DNA of 63,909 nucleotides, the filler included, from Hausera hauseri (Eukaryota), in NCBI GenBank assembly GCA_046269625.1. It is 12 parts of 12 records of this genome, joined end to end, with 100 filler letters (N's around TTAATTAATTAA, not from the genome) between each part and the next. Parts side by side here need not be neighbours in the genome. Positions count along the whole stretch, not along the records: positions 8,672 to 18,029 come from JBJURY010398811.1; positions 18,130 to 22,614 come from JBJURY010558118.1; positions 22,715 to 26,881 come from JBJURY010725324.1; 9 more parts are not named here. The stretch is one strand, 5' to 3'. The notes below the pieces were generated by a model, which did not search any database, was not told where the DNA came from, and worked only from the letters and a program-made list of their open reading frames with translations. Positions 11,565 to 24,899 of this stretch are shown one piece after another. The translations under genes and the position numbers were made by a program. Position 1 is the first letter of the stretch, and each line of letters opens with the position of its first letter.

Positions 11565-13513
11565 ATCTTACTTATTCGTATCGTGTATGATTTTCAAAAA
11601 TACAGTAACGAAAAATTTTTTAGAAAACACAAATTTCGAAAAGTGATGTTGATTGAAAAAGAATTAAAACAAAACGTTTTTGTTTTTTGTTACCGTCGTT
11701 TAAAATTGGCATTTACCATTAATCGTAATAATTGGTTTTATGAAACATTATAAATTAGTCGAGTATAAATTATAATTTTATATTTATTCAATATTATAAT
11801 TATGCAATACAATTATTTGCAAATTTTAGACACTTGTGTGGTAATCCCCCAAAATTTGCTCTAATTTACGCAAAACCGAGTAAATTGGTCATTGTATGAT
11901 AAAAACCAGGCAAATTAACAAATTGCTATTTTTTGCATGGAAAATCAGTTGCAAATAGTAGTTTCTTAAAAATCCGAATTTAAATTTTCAAACTGAAAAT
12001 ACAGCGTAAATTTAATTTCATAAGATAATTCTTATTTCAATGTTTGACTTTCATTCATTAACATTCGGCAAAATCAAAGACCTCATAAACAATATTCGAC
12101 TATCAATACATTTTTAGGATGAGTCGAATAATTTTTATTGCTCCCTGAATTTGAACATGCAAAATCAGTAACGAAACATTTCAGACATGGCTATCAAGTT
12201 GAACGGATTGACAAACGTTTCAACATTTTTGATATAAACGTTAAGATAATTATTTTATATTAGAGAAACAAACAATCAAAAAATTACAAAAATTTTTCAT
12301 CATTCAAGGTTCGAATTTCTGACTAAAAATAAATCTAACTTAAAATATGTATCAGCATTTATTTAATGTAATTTATTTACAATCCAAAGAAAAATAAATC
12401 GTTCAATTAAATTGTTAAATTCATTTGTCAAAAATCAAAAATCCACCCAAATAAATTCCAAAATAACTCCACTATTAATTCTGACATTAAACAACGCTTG
12501 TATTCTTATATTTAAATTAATTTTACTTGTCGAAAATATTCCTCATAAATAATTAGTCAATCAAAGCCAAATATTAAAGTTCGTTTTGTTAAGGTGAACA
12601 TAAAATCCCATTTTTAATGTGCCAAATTTCCCATTTTAACCAATTGGTTAAAATAAGTTTGATATTTAATCAAACAAAAATCAATACGTAAATTGTTGAC
12701 GGATTGTTATTTGTAATTTTGATGAACCCAGCCATTATGTCAAATTATTGTTAGTCAACAATATAATTGTGTAATAGTCAAATAATGTTCAGTATTGTCC
12801 AATTTTTTAAAATCAAATCAAATAATTCTGAAAACAACACCATAACATTGTGACATTCTCTAATTTAAATATTGCGCTCCGTTTAAACTCAACAAGGCGT
12901 TTTTTTAAGATTTCGTAGTTCCAGTAATTTTTGTTGTGCTTACTGTTCATTAATTTGTTTAAAATTATAGCGAGTGTGTATTTATGCAATAATAGAACAT
13001 TTGTAAATGTGTGTAATTTTATTATCCAATTATATTCCAATATTGCAAATGAACAAAACCAAATTTTAAAATATAAATTTCGTTTACTGCGAAGCCGTAA
13101 AAAACACTGCAAAAATGACTTAATATTTTCTTACATTTATTTTTTCTAGGTTGATTATTTATACATACACACACATACACACAGTATAATTATATGTACA
13201 CATAAGTGGTATAAAATAGAAATAAAATTTTTATTTAAATTTAATTTGTTTCAAAAATTCTGTTTGAACCTTTACATATAAATCCATCAATATGAAGTAA
13301 TTTTGTGTGTCACCTCATTTACCACTTTTTATATTATTTTAGATACTTTACTCCGAACTTTGATAATTGTGATCTTGTACATTATTCAGTAATTCCAAAT
13401 TATATCCGACGAAACGATGATAAAGTACTATATTCATTATTATTTAATTTTTGTTTGAAACGTCATGTTACGTAATCATTACGCAATAATTAAATAAAGT
13501 TATTTTTGTTTAG

Positions 13514-15120
13514 TTGCACAAAGCAGCATTTTTCGGAAAAGCAGATTTAGTTAGCAGTTTAATTTCAAAGGGTGCGAATGTCAATTATGCTGATAAAGTA
13601 GCCATTTAATGAACAATATTAAACTATATGTTACCGATTTAGATGGGCAATACGGCCTTGTTATTTGCATGCAGATTCGGCTATTTTAAAACTGTTAAAG
13701 TATTGCTGGAGAATGGGGCAAATGTAAACGATCGAAACATCGTAATTTAAATATTCACCATCCAGCAATGACCTATTTATAGAGGGGCTGCACTCCACTG
13801 TATTATGCGGCTTTGAGCGGCCATTCGAGAGTTATGCAATTACTAATAGAATATGGTGCTCAAATAAATGAACTCGACGAGAACAATAAGAGCTTGTTAT
13901 ACAAATTCGCAGTTTTGGGAAATTTTAATGTCGTCACAGTTCTTCTAGCCAATGGAGCTCCAGTTGATGAAATAAACAATGTACGACATCATATACAAAT
14001 GACAAATGTTACTCATATTTAGTTGGGTCGATCCCCACTTATAGGTGTGATTGAAAATGATAGAAATGGCAATTTATACGAAATGGCAAAATACCTCATC
14101 GAAAATGGAGCTCGAGTTGATGGTAGAGAAAATGTTATCAATAAATATATGTACATATTGTGTTGTTATCATTAAATAATTCAGGACACGGATTTGCCGT
14201 TGTTAAAGGCATGCCATTTCCGACGTACGAAAATGGTGGAATTGCTGATTGAATCTGGGGCAAATGTTAATAATACACCAAAGGTAATTTTTATGAACGA
14301 GAAACCGTTTGATTGAATGTATGACTAAAGAACAAGCAGTCAGCCCTCGAAATTGCAATATGGCATGATAATGTTGAATTAGTCCGTTTGTTACTTGATA
14401 ATGGAGCTAATGTAAACTGTAGAAATAACGTAGAATTCATTTTGTTGTTATATAAAATTTTATATAATTCCATGTAGTGTGGAACATCAGCATTGAGCCA
14501 ATCAATGACCCACAGAAATGAGGACATTGCAAAGATGCTGTTGCTTTATGGAGCGCGTCCAAACACCAGAAATATTGTTATAATAAACTGATTTGATGAA
14601 TTGATTAACGAATTTCTTAGGGAGGGAGAACAGCCTTATTTTATGCATGCAGGGCTGGAAATTTGGCTTTAGTGAAATTGTTACTGGATTGGAATGCAGA
14701 TGTTAATATTCGAGATAAAGTTTAGATATATTTGTATTATCCGTTTATGTTTGAGTACAGTTCGGCGAGACTGCATTATTTTTGGCAATGAAAGATAGAG
14801 ACGAAGATGTAGTAAAGGAACTGATAAATCGTGGAGCTGATGTCAATATAAAAAATGAAGTAACGAATATTCGTTTCGTGATCGATAAATAATAAATGAA
14901 AATAACAGGAAGGTAAAACACCATTGCTGAAGTGTTTGTTTGCCACTGACATTCTTAATATTTTGATGAATAAGAGTTATGTAAGTTTGAGATATTTTTG
15001 ATCGGATCGAATATTATCAAATTTTAGAAAATGACGGAGTTTTATCGGAAAATTGTAAATGACAGCTTTTCAATGGCCAGTCTTCTATTTGAACACGTTG
15101 ACATCAATGAGCAGGGTTAT
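13514..15120 (+). CDS. Ankyrin-repeat protein, spliced, about 10 repeats; start and end not resolved
   Basis: Exons 13514-13597, 13643-13741, 13783-13980, 14023-14133, 14185-14283, 14331-14429, 14478-14576, 14621-14719, 14761-14859, 14909-14980 and 15028-15120 join in frame across GT-AG introns, giving GxTAL/TPL...LLxxGANVN repeats. Confidence 0.9.
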
Positions 15121-15189
15121 GTAAGTTGCTTTGGAAATAACTTCATTTTTACATAACGACGTATTTGTATATTAGCGTATTTAAACAAA

Positions 15190-17700
15190 AATAAAATATC
15201 AATCAATAATCTCACACTCCACCGTGTTGTCTAAAACTTTGTCTATTACCCAATCCACAAAGCGATTTTGAAGTTTTCTCTTTCTTTTTGAACGAATCTC
15301 CGAGTTTCGATGCTGAACATTTTGAGTAATACTGGCCAACGAGATGTGACTCACATGTCTGGAGAATCCATTAACGTTTGTGGTTCAAACATCTGTGCAT
15401 CTAGTAGGGATCGGTTTCACATAAACTTCATCTCCATCTTTATGGAATACATAACTCTGATTCTGATTCGACTGGATCTCCATTTTTTGTTGCCGTCATA
15501 TTATACCAAAATGCCATGTCCAGAACATTTTTACCGGCTCTCGTTCAAATCAATCGATAGATGTTTGTGACAATTTTTAATCTCGACTATCGTCACATTT
15601 AAATTCGGCTACCTCTTGTCCAAGATGTGCGTTTTCCTAATTGTGTCAGTAACATCTGGTATTAGGACTGTTGCGTCGCACACCTTAGCTGTGTATTCAC
15701 TCCCGCGCTTATAGAGCCAGCTAGTTGCTATCCAACGTAGCAATTAGACAATCCTTCGCATAACCCGCTTACTCTAATTCGTTTGTCTTTCAACAATAGC
15801 GAATTGATCAATAGTTTGTAACCCCATCTAACAGCGGCATTAACGCCTTTTATGACGACTTCCAGCTCAGCTACATTTATATGACAGCCGTCTGTTTCCT
15901 TTCGTAGTCAGCTTGCATCGCACCAGACTTTGCAGGTTTCTGATACATAATCTGCCCATCTTCCACGGACTGGATCTTCTTTTTGTACTATTTCGTGAAA
16001 TACCCACACTTACGTGACCAATTTAGTCAGTTCAAAGTTCGTTTTAAAAAGCTTCACCAAGATCTCGACCATTCACATAAACAGTAGTAATGACCAACCA
16101 ATCTTCCACAAATGGAAAATGCATCTCGTCCATGAATCCGTTATGTCAGAAATCTGGATGATAGAATTATCTGGTTTACATACGATCATATTATTTTACT
16201 GACCAAATCGCAATCCCAGAACTCTGCTATTGCATAACTCGATTGGCATCATTCATTCAAGTCCGAACCTTTCCAATCTGTCCTTTACTATCGCCACTGT
16301 GATGACATTTTCATTTACCGCGATATCATCAATATCAGTGTCTGTTCATTCAGCCATCAAAACTATGTTAACAATTTTCCAATACTTTTTGATGCAACGT
16401 TAAGTCATAACCCAAAGGCGTTACACAATACCTTTTCCCTTGAACTGAATAACTTGATATTTCCACATTAAACTGTCCACATGAATTTGTAAATAAGCAT
16501 CTCAACGTTATTGTTCATATTTCTCCATTTACGTAATGTTTCTATTGCAGGTTACACTTTCTCCAGTATGGGGTGAAACAAACCGACCGGACTTTGTTCT
16601 TATTTTCTTGCATCACCACTCTTACCGGTAAAAATACCCTACATTTCTAACCTTTTTAGGGATAGTGTAGTAAAATCCACATCTTCTATAATAATTCCAT
16701 CAGTCATATCAATAGCGAAATCCTTTTTAACGGAAACTTTACCCAACAATACTTTCCCTCTCGAATTAATATTCAGACCACCAACAGCACTCGCAAAATT
16801 TATTCATAACACTGCGTCTACTCCAGGAAGAGATTTAACTACTGACGAGAGAACTCTAACCTTCATGTCATCTACAGTGACTTCTCAATTACATGCTCCA
16901 GTGAAGTTCAGTATCTCCTCACTCATAACAATCACGTTTTTCAGGTCGAGGTAATAGTCTCTGTTTCCGATAGACATTTTCGACAATAAATGTACACGAG
17001 CTAAAAGAATTGATTGTACAATAAAATATTGACAACTGAGACTAATTATTGGGTAGGAAACATTCACTAACGCTGCTATTCAATGATACTTTCTGATTCC
17101 CTGTATGGAAGTTTCTTCACCAGTAGCTAGTTTTTCCACACTAAAAGCATAAGCATTTTTAAAATTTTCTCAAGTTCTTTCTTCTGCGGTTTTGGCCTTT
17201 GCATACGTTGCGCCACTAAGCATGTTCCGCTGTTGGTTTCTAAAATAGATCTTGTTAATTTCAATAAATAATAAATATTCTTATCCGAAATATGGCGAGA
17301 ATTTAAGATAATTTCCACGTTTTTGGAAATCCGCAAACAAAGTCGGTTTTGACGAGCTCTTCATCGAATTACCGTTTATGATTGCTGATAAACGACAGAG
17401 GTTCGACAAATATATATGCACATTTCACCCGGATACAGTCTCCTTTGAATAAACTGTTCATTGGTCTAGGTCAGAGACAGCGTAAACACCGCCATCATTT
17501 TTATCATCAGTTTGTAAAAATTGTCCTTAGCTTTCGTCGGCAGCATCTGATAGACTGAGAATGCTCCGCCACTAAGAAACAGCGGAATAAAACTGTGTCG
17601 GTCGGAAGTTCTCTGCAATTGGCATACAATTTCTACTTTCTGGATCAACTGGGAAAATCGGTAGAATCGTCATATTAAGAAATTAAGTCAGATAATTTGA
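15190..17700 (-). mobile_element. Decayed Ty3/gypsy-like LTR retrotransposon (gag, RT and RNase H remnants)
   Basis: Gag-like KVEIVCQL...FIPLFLSGGAFSVYQ at 17466-17648, YLQIHVD RT-like segment, and RNase H VWCDAS...HINVAELE near 15860-15930. Many stops. Confidence 0.7.
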
Positions 17701-18129
17701 AGGACATAATGACCGGAAATAACATTTTATAAAAACTGTTTATTTGAAAAATCTGCTCATACGTATATTCATGTTTCAAGCAAACTAAATACTTCCAGAG
17801 TTTCTGGAAAACGAAATGTTTCCATTATATGGCAAAGTCCATATAACACAGACCTTAATTTATGTGATCGATTCCTCTTTCAATGGCAGAAATCTGAACT
17901 TTAAAAAATTATGTTTCATGATCACTAAGAATTACAAAATTTCTCATTGCAGGTACTGAATGACATGTCCTAAGAAAGTTTCCATAAATAGGTAGCTGTT
18001 ATTGATAATCATGGAGAAAACGTAACTGANNNNNNNNNNNNNNNNNNNNNNNNNNNNNNNNNNNNNNNNNNNNTTAATTAATTAANNNNNNNNNNNNNNN
18101 NNNNNNNNNNNNNNNNNNNNNNNNNNNNN

Positions 18130-18255
18130 TTGGAACAAATTTTCCAAATTCAAATCAGATTTTTAATATTACATTTTCAAATTAAAGTTTTAATTTAAAT
18201 TTAAAAGTGTTTCTAATTTAAATTCAGAATTTCTGTTCTCAATTATATCCTCACG
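18130..18255 (-). repeat. LTR-like direct repeat, copy 1 (truncated by the contig end)
   Basis: Matches 19875-19999 and shares GAATTTCTGTTCTCAATTATATCCTCAC. Confidence 0.8.
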
Positions 18256-18256
18256 G

Positions 18257-18730
18257 CGAGAGTTGCTACAGTGGAGCCGTTTCGTGCGACACCTAAGCAG
18301 ACTGCCCCAGAACAATCCGTACTACCTCCCGACAGGACATCTTTGTAGGTTCTACACCGATATAGACAGCCGAGGGTTGTTCGAGTCCTCCGCCTTCTTG
18401 CCAGTCTTTATAAGATTGATGGCGGCAACAGATCGGCTATTCGAGTCGCTGGCTCCATCGGAGAGCCAGCTGATTCCTGACCGTCGAACCGCTGACAAAC
18501 TGACAATTAGGACACTGAGCTCCAGCCCAGACGAAGTTCCCATACCGCTCCGTCAACGTCGGTTGAAGAAAACAAGACTTAAACTAGCTTCAACTGATTC
18601 CAGTTAGGACAATATTCCAACTTGTCCGCACCGAAATCCGAGGATTGACCCGGCCCTTTCCTCAACCGAGGACTCGTACGCTTCAGCGGACGATTTGCGA
18701 GAACTTAATAAAAATTACTCTCATTGTTTG
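18257..18730 (+). pseudogene. Unknown ORF antisense to gag, homologous to 53149-54177
   Basis: RELLQxSRFVRHL...FLPVFxRLMxATDRL...SQLIPDRRT...SYASADDLRE shared with the contig J ORF. One internal stop. Confidence 0.7.
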
Positions 18731-18799
18731 TTTCAGTCGTTTTATTCGACTGTGTTTACATGTTTATCCTTTTTGTATTTGAAAGTTCCATCACAAGGA

Positions 18800-19735
18800 T
18801 GAGAACACTAAAATCCCGGTTCTCTTCTTCCCTCCAGCCTGCTGTAGCACTCATTTTTGTTATTTCCCCTATCGTGACATCTTGCATAGTTAAGGTTTGT
18901 ACAATTTCGTCTGATGTGTCCTTGCTGACCACATCCGTAGCATCTTATTGGTTTTCTGTCGGAACACTGCCTGTTTTGTGACTTTTCCACATCCAAAGCA
19001 TTTAGTCGGTCCTCGTCTGTTGCAAATTCTGATCATATGTCCTTCTTTCTGACATATCCAGCACTTTAACCCACTATTTGGTAGTCTAGTTGGCGTCGTG
19101 TTGCTTCTAGGAACGGGTTGCCTGCTATTTCATCCTGCCACTTCCTGGTAGCTTCTTGTATCGACTCATGGATACTCCTCGACGGTCTTGATTTCTTCTG
19201 CCTTAATCTTTAATTCGTGTATCTTCCGTATTTTCTCCTTTATGGTTTCCGCGTCTCATTTGTCACTGGGGCATCTCTTTTCTCATCTCTGTATTGTTAC
19301 AACTTTGGAACAATAGTTCCTCTTTTAGAGTCTCGCGTGAAAATTCGTGTTTCATAACTTTATCCAGCTGTTTCTCGATTGCCTCGAAGTAAGCCTCCAG
19401 TTCCGCTCCATTCATTCTGTACTAAAGCGCCTCTTTTAGACTTCACATAGCGTTGCGGGTCGGGCGAAAGCCTTCCGTAGTCGGTTTTGATACCCCGTTA
19501 TCCTTGCATCTACTATCTCGTATCATTTTATTGCATCTTTCTCCAAGAGACATTCAACCATGATCTCTCGCTTTGCCGCCGGGATGTTCATATACTTAAA
19601 GAATTTTTCACATCCCTTAATGAAATTCTCCACGTCGTCGCCATTCCTGAATTTGTTGATCAGCAACTGGTTCGCGAAGATGTCCATTGTGGCGTAAGTC
19701 GCCATGTTGGCCGCGTTCGCATCCACGCCGTCCAC
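18800..19735 (-). pseudogene. Gag with 3-4 CCHC zinc knuckles
   Basis: KFRNGDDVENFIKGCE capsid-like start; CWICQKEGHMIRIC and CYGCGQQGHIRRNC knuckles; frameshifted. Confidence 0.75.
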
Positions 19736-19874
19736 CTCGTCGCCCTGCTTGGGTACGGTTGGAAAATCCCCGCCCCCTGGTCTGTCCGCTAAAATAGAAT
19801 TTGATCGTTTGTAATTGCTTATTTAAAAGTAACAACAGTTCTTGAAAATTTTTATTATAATCCAAAATATTTAT

Positions 19875-19999
19875 TTGGAAACAAATTTTTCAAATTTAAA
19901 TCAGACTTTTAATATTACTTTTAAATTAAATTTTTAATTTAAATTTAAAAATATTTCTGATTTAAATTTAGAATTTCTGTTCTCAATTATATCCTCACA
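19875..19999 (-). repeat. LTR-like direct repeat, copy 2
   Basis: Matches 18130-18255. Confidence 0.8.
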
Positions 20000-21669
20000 T
20001 ATTGATTTGCTAATTTTTTGATCAATTTTGGTGATTTGTCGTAATTTTTTTAAATTTTAGACATCCCATAGGCAGTGTGTGATATTTGCATCAAAATAAT
20101 GAAGACAAAAGGGAATTTGGTTTTTCAAAAATACGAATTAATCACAGGCATTGACTGACTGTCTGTCAACCGTGGACTTCTCGGGAAGTAATTGTACAGC
20201 AGTTGGAGCTTAGTAATTTTGATAACTGGTCTTGGGTTTGCTATGGTAATTGTGGTGACTGGACTTTTCTATCGATATTTGTTGGTAGTGTTTTGAATGT
20301 CGTCACTCATAAAATTTTGGAATTCACAAATTGAAATTCAGCGACAGTCAGCTACTTTGATGTACCTTTAAGGGAATTTTAATAATTAATCAATTATTTT
20401 ATACACTAATTTATTTGAACGATGACATTCTGAAAGGTGATGAGTAAATAATTTTGAAAATTTTAAAGTCAAATATCTGATGGATAGGAAGAAAATAATT
20501 ACTTTTAGATATTCATCATTTAGTTATAATGTGGATTACGTGAAATATCTGATGTATGTGGACACAATAATTATTTGTGGATATTAATTATTCAGTTATA
20601 ATTTTGATTAGTTGATTATGTTCCCATCTTGTATAACAGTAATGTACGATGCACATGTGCTCAGATTTATAAACTTATTTCTCATAAATCATTGGATTTA
20701 ATTTTGCCATGCTTCAAATATTTTCCTTTATTTGAACCAACTAGTCATGTCGTAAAAGACTGATAGTTCGAGGATATCGTAAAATCATATGGGATTCAAT
20801 CATATCCTTTATAAATCGAATAGATTTTGGAACCTAACGATCAAGTAATTTGGGATTTTCCATATGTTGAAGAGCTCTATAAACATCGCGTTTTTATAGC
20901 ATGTTTTATAGCAACAACAAAGGCTTCGCAATTTGCTCTTTTAAGTAATATGATACGTTGAGTTATGGATGTCAATTTATTTTGGATTTGTTTAAATTAA
21001 TATTGTTCGATATTTTTGAGATAATCAATCTTTCTAACTAATGTTTGATTTTCTCCATTATGGTCTTATCCCATCCTAATTTTTCCCAAAGGACATCTGT
21101 TATTTCAACATGAATTTTCGTAGTCATTTCAATTTTTATTTCTTCCTTGACTTCGCTAATCAAGACTAGTTATGCAAAAAAGTTAAAAATAATGGGAGGA
21201 GTGGGTGGATTTTGGTTTAAGTATGTTAAGTGTATTCAATTTTTAATCGGGACGCAACAACTACAATTTACGGTTTATCTAATATCATTAATTTAAATGT
21301 AACTGAAAATATTTATAATTATGAATTAAGATTATTCAACATTGAACAAATTATTTAATTAACCGATTGAAATTTATCCATCAAAAATAAATAGTCGCAA
21401 TTATAAAATTGTTTTCAACGTCACAGTTTAAAATTGTCGTAATAAAATATAATAATCTTGAATACAAAATTATCTAAATTCAAAAATACCTCAATAAACC
21501 TTTGGATAGTGGCATCGTTAGTTCAAATATCACAAATGTAAAATAATTTCTTAACATGATCAGTGGCTATATAGTCTTTATTAAAATGTATTTCATATGC
21601 AATTTAATAAAAATAAATTATTTTAAAACTACATTTAACATAAAAAAATTTATTAAAAATAAACAAATT

Positions 21670-22203
21670 TTACAAATAACTGCTGAGATACTTTAATCTT
21701 TCTACAATTTCACTGTAGTAATCGCTAGATGACAACTCATTGAAGTCTTTTAGATATTTTTCATACTCATCATTTGAAATGTCTTTTCCTGGTTGAAGTT
21801 TAAGTAAGCTGTTGGCTTTTTCTTCTTGCATATCGTAAAACATTTTCAACATATTGTATTCTTCTTTCATTACTTTTCTTTGTTCTTTCTCAATAAATTT
21901 TAGTGCCTCATTTTCCTTATTCCTGACTTCTACATTTCCGAATGTTGTAATTTGATTGTTAATTCTTTCAGGTCGTTCTTGAATTTGTGTTTGATGAATG
22001 TTTGTTGATGAACTGATTAAATTTTCATTATTCACTTGTTTTAGTGATTCACAGGCTTTGAGAATTTTATTTTTTTGATTGCACCAGTATAGAATTAATG
22101 GTGACGTAACATTAAATTTCTCAGCGATATCTTTCAGTCTCCATCCTTCTTCTCTCATTTGAATTGCTCGCAATTTGTCTTGTGCCGATAATCTTTCCGA
22201 CAT
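21670..22203 (-). CDS. Small protein with an N-terminal psq/CENP-B-type helix-turn-helix and a coiled-coil tail
   Basis: LSAQDKLRAIQMREEGWRLKDIAEKFNVTSPLILYW fits the HTH pattern. Open 177-aa ORF in very AT-rich DNA. Confidence 0.6.
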   Translation of the reverse strand: MSERLSAQDKLRAIQMREEGWRLKDIAEKFNVTSPLILYWCNQKNKILKACESLKQVNNENLISSSTNIHQTQIQERPERINNQITTFGNVEVRNKENEALKFIEKEQRKVMKEEYNMLKMFYDMQEEKANSLLKLQPGKDISNDEYEKYLKDFNELSSSDYYSEIVERLKYLSSYL

Positions 22204-22714
22204 TTTAAATTTTACTTAATATTTTTTAAGTACATTAATTAAATGAATAAAAATTTGATACAAATATCTATTTTTCTAAATTATATTGGTCAATAAATTT
22301 AGCAAAAATGTGCGTATTGGTCTACCAACTATACCTAATTTTATTAAAATAGATAAGCAGTATTATTTTGATGATGAATCAATTTATATCGTTTTAATTG
22401 GTACATTTGTTTAGCTTTAGTTTCTTGCTCGATGTAATTTTTGCCATTGACTTGTTGACGTATTTCAAGTGATCGTAACGTGTATGTAGCTAATTTTGTT
22501 GAATTTCTACATAATACGAAGAAGGAATGATTGTAAGAATTCTCAAAATATCGTAGGATGTTATCCATCTCTGACGTGAACTGTATTCTCGGTGGAACTT
22601 TATGAAAACGGTTTNNNNNNNNNNNNNNNNNNNNNNNNNNNNNNNNNNNNNNNNNNNNTTAATTAATTAANNNNNNNNNNNNNNNNNNNNNNNNNNNNNN
22701 NNNNNNNNNNNNNN

Positions 22715-23497
22715 GTCGGTCCAATTCTAATTGAAATTCTTAATGAATGGAGTCGTATTTATTTTCAAAATACGTACGTAAGCACCGATTTTATATTTTT
22801 GGCGTTTAATTGCCTGTTGTCATTGTGTTCGGTTTTGATAAAGCCACATGTCCAAATCATGGATTACGTCAACCGGGCGCATTCCGTTGATTCCACGGTG
22901 TGTCGAATGATTGTATGCATGAATAATATCCGGCAGTACATCCACCCAGCGTATGTTTCCTTGCTTCGTAATGAATTTGTTTAGGTGACCGCGCAATGTT
23001 TGATTAAATCGTTCTACGAGTGCAGCTTTGTATTGAGAAAATACCGAATAGTGGTTTACGCCGAACCGTTTCAAGACCGCTGCAACGTTGGCGGTGTAGA
23101 ATTCCTTACCCAAATTCGTTTGTAAATGCTTTGGCTGTTGTTGTTGTATCAGTGTCTGAACAGCGTCGGCAATCTCTTTACTGGATTTGGATTTCACGGC
23201 AATTGCACATACAAAACGACGAAACACATTAATGCATGTCAGCACGTACCGCTACCCACCGTTGATGCTGGGGTGCGGAATCATTTCTATCAGATTCATT
23301 TGTCATACGTTATTTACACCGGCAGCACGGTATGCACGCGTTGGAAACCGCCTTCTTATCGGTTTGTTTAGGCGGTGTGCTAATCGTTTCCCGAGCCAAC
23401 GTTCAGTCTGTTGCCGAGTCTGTTTCACAGTCTTTGCCAGTTTGTCGACGCCAGCATACCCGACGGGATGACGCGGGTCGAACCACACGTAGCCCAT
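22715..23497 (-). pseudogene. Polinton retroviral-like (rve) integrase
   Basis: WFDPRHPVGYAGV...RRRFP, QTNLGKEF, KAALVERFNQTL, YNHSTH and KYKIGAYVRI motifs. Stops present, with D>N at both catalytic Asp positions. Confidence 0.9.
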
Positions 23498-23638
23498 CGT
23501 TGTAGCCGATGTAATTTTTGTTAGTATTACAACAATTAGAACGAAATGTAAATGAAGGATTCGGTAAACTTGGGCAAAATGATAAAAGCCATGCACTCAT
23601 ATCGCCGAATAATCATATACTAACCGTCATTGTTTATA

Positions 23639-23977
23639 CTATGCTGTTGCAGAACCAATGAGTTCACCCAATAATGACGTGGCAATCGGTAGAATTGCAC
23701 CAATGAATCCGCTATCTTGTTGGTACAAGTCCTCTCGTTTCAGTAGTTTACTACGGGCGTTGGCAATGCCAATGAGTTGTTTTAGATACTTTAGTAAATT
23801 CCGCTTTCCACTACCAATGTCAACGTGACCCACAACGATATTGTACAAAATTTTCATCAAATCGTCTACTACAAATTGCGGGAATGATCGCAGCACGTTT
23901 CGCTTATGTCTCGTAGGTGCCTTGAACAAAGCAATAAAGTACGGCTGACTGCGTTTGAATCGCGTTTTTGGCCGCAT
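23639..23977 (-). CDS. Polinton conserved small basic protein ending in a QxGGF-like motif and a hydrophobic helix (probable virion core/membrane-active protein)
   Basis: ...NIVVGHV...KREDLYQQDSGFIGAILPIATSLLG, located between ATPase and integrase. Confidence 0.7.
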   Translation of the reverse strand: MRPKTRFKRSQPYFIALFKAPTRHKRNVLRSFPQFVVDDLMKILYNIVVGHVDIGSGKRNLLKYLKQLIGIANARSKLLKREDLYQQDSGFIGAILPIATSLLGELIGSATA

Positions 23978-24159
23978 TGATGCTTAGACGTTAATTTGCG
24001 TCTAGTTGCTGCTGCTGCTGCTGTTGTTCGAAGCACATAACTGATTATTCGCTTGACTGTAGCGGTGGTTCGTTTTGATACACGTTTCTTGCCGCCGGAC
24101 AGCCGCTTGATAGGTTTACGTTTAATAATTGTTTTTCGGAAATTATCATTTTATCACAA

Positions 24160-24812
24160 TCATGTCGATTTTCGAATTTGTTTATAGACATGTACACCTT
24201 TCTGATTGAAAATGTCTGTTCGTACACGCATGACATCGGGACACTGTTGTGTAAAGTCTATGAAGAAGTATCCGTGTGGCTCGGTCGTAGCATCATGATA
24301 TGCATCTATCAAGTAGGCTCGGTTGTGAGAAAATGCTTGTCGTGCAACATAATCAATGATAGTCTGATCACGGGGATTTTTGAACAACACCAAAGAGTGT
24401 ACGTTTAAATTTCTTGTTCGATGCTGTCCGCCCTGGTGGAACATGTTTTTGCGTAATGAAAATAACCGTCATACCACGGTGTCGTTCAATCTTCGTGAAC
24501 AGGTTGTTGAAGTCCGATTGTTTAGCAGCTTCCTCAAATAAATCGTCGATGACATTAGCATCACCGTTGCGTAATCTCTCAGACCAGTTCTCATCAAACC
24601 CATCAATTACCGTTATCAAGTTTAATTTACAAAATTCCCGATGTGTCAAATCGGACTCTCAATCATGACCAACACCCTGATGCCAGTAAGTGATTGTACC
24701 GCGGTGAATGAAACATGTTACGGTAGTTCTGCAATAGTTTACACACGAAGTGTGTTTGGCCACTTCCACTGGGGCTTACAATCTGGAAAATTGCATCATT
24801 CTGCAGCTTCAT
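24160..24812 (-). pseudogene. Polinton packaging ATPase (A32/FtsK-like)
   Basis: Degenerate Walker A SPSGSGQT, Walker B VIDDL, VIFITQ, LFKNPRD and ATTEPHGYFFID; frameshifted. Confidence 0.9.
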
Positions 24813-24899
24813 CTAAATAATACAACCTTTCCTCACATTATTTGTTTATAATCGTGTTGCACGCTTATAAATAGATATAGTATAAACACTGTTTCCATA
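24813..24899. promoter_or_regulatory. Probable bidirectional promoter between the ATPase and TBP-like genes
   Basis: 87-bp divergent intergenic with TATAAA on the minus strand at 24845-24850, and TATAAATA (24866-24873) and TATAAA (24881-24886) on the plus strand. Confidence 0.5.

Larger units (their letters stand above)
18130..19999 (-). mobile_element. Gag-only LTR-type element bounded by AT-rich direct repeats
   Basis: Direct repeats at 18130-18255 and 19875-19999 (the upstream copy starts TGTGAGG on the minus strand). Internal gag present; no pol motifs seen. Confidence 0.7.

Noticed and set aside
9201-11646. Plus-strand ORFs of 60-209 aa
   Set aside because: Antisense shadows of DDX46.
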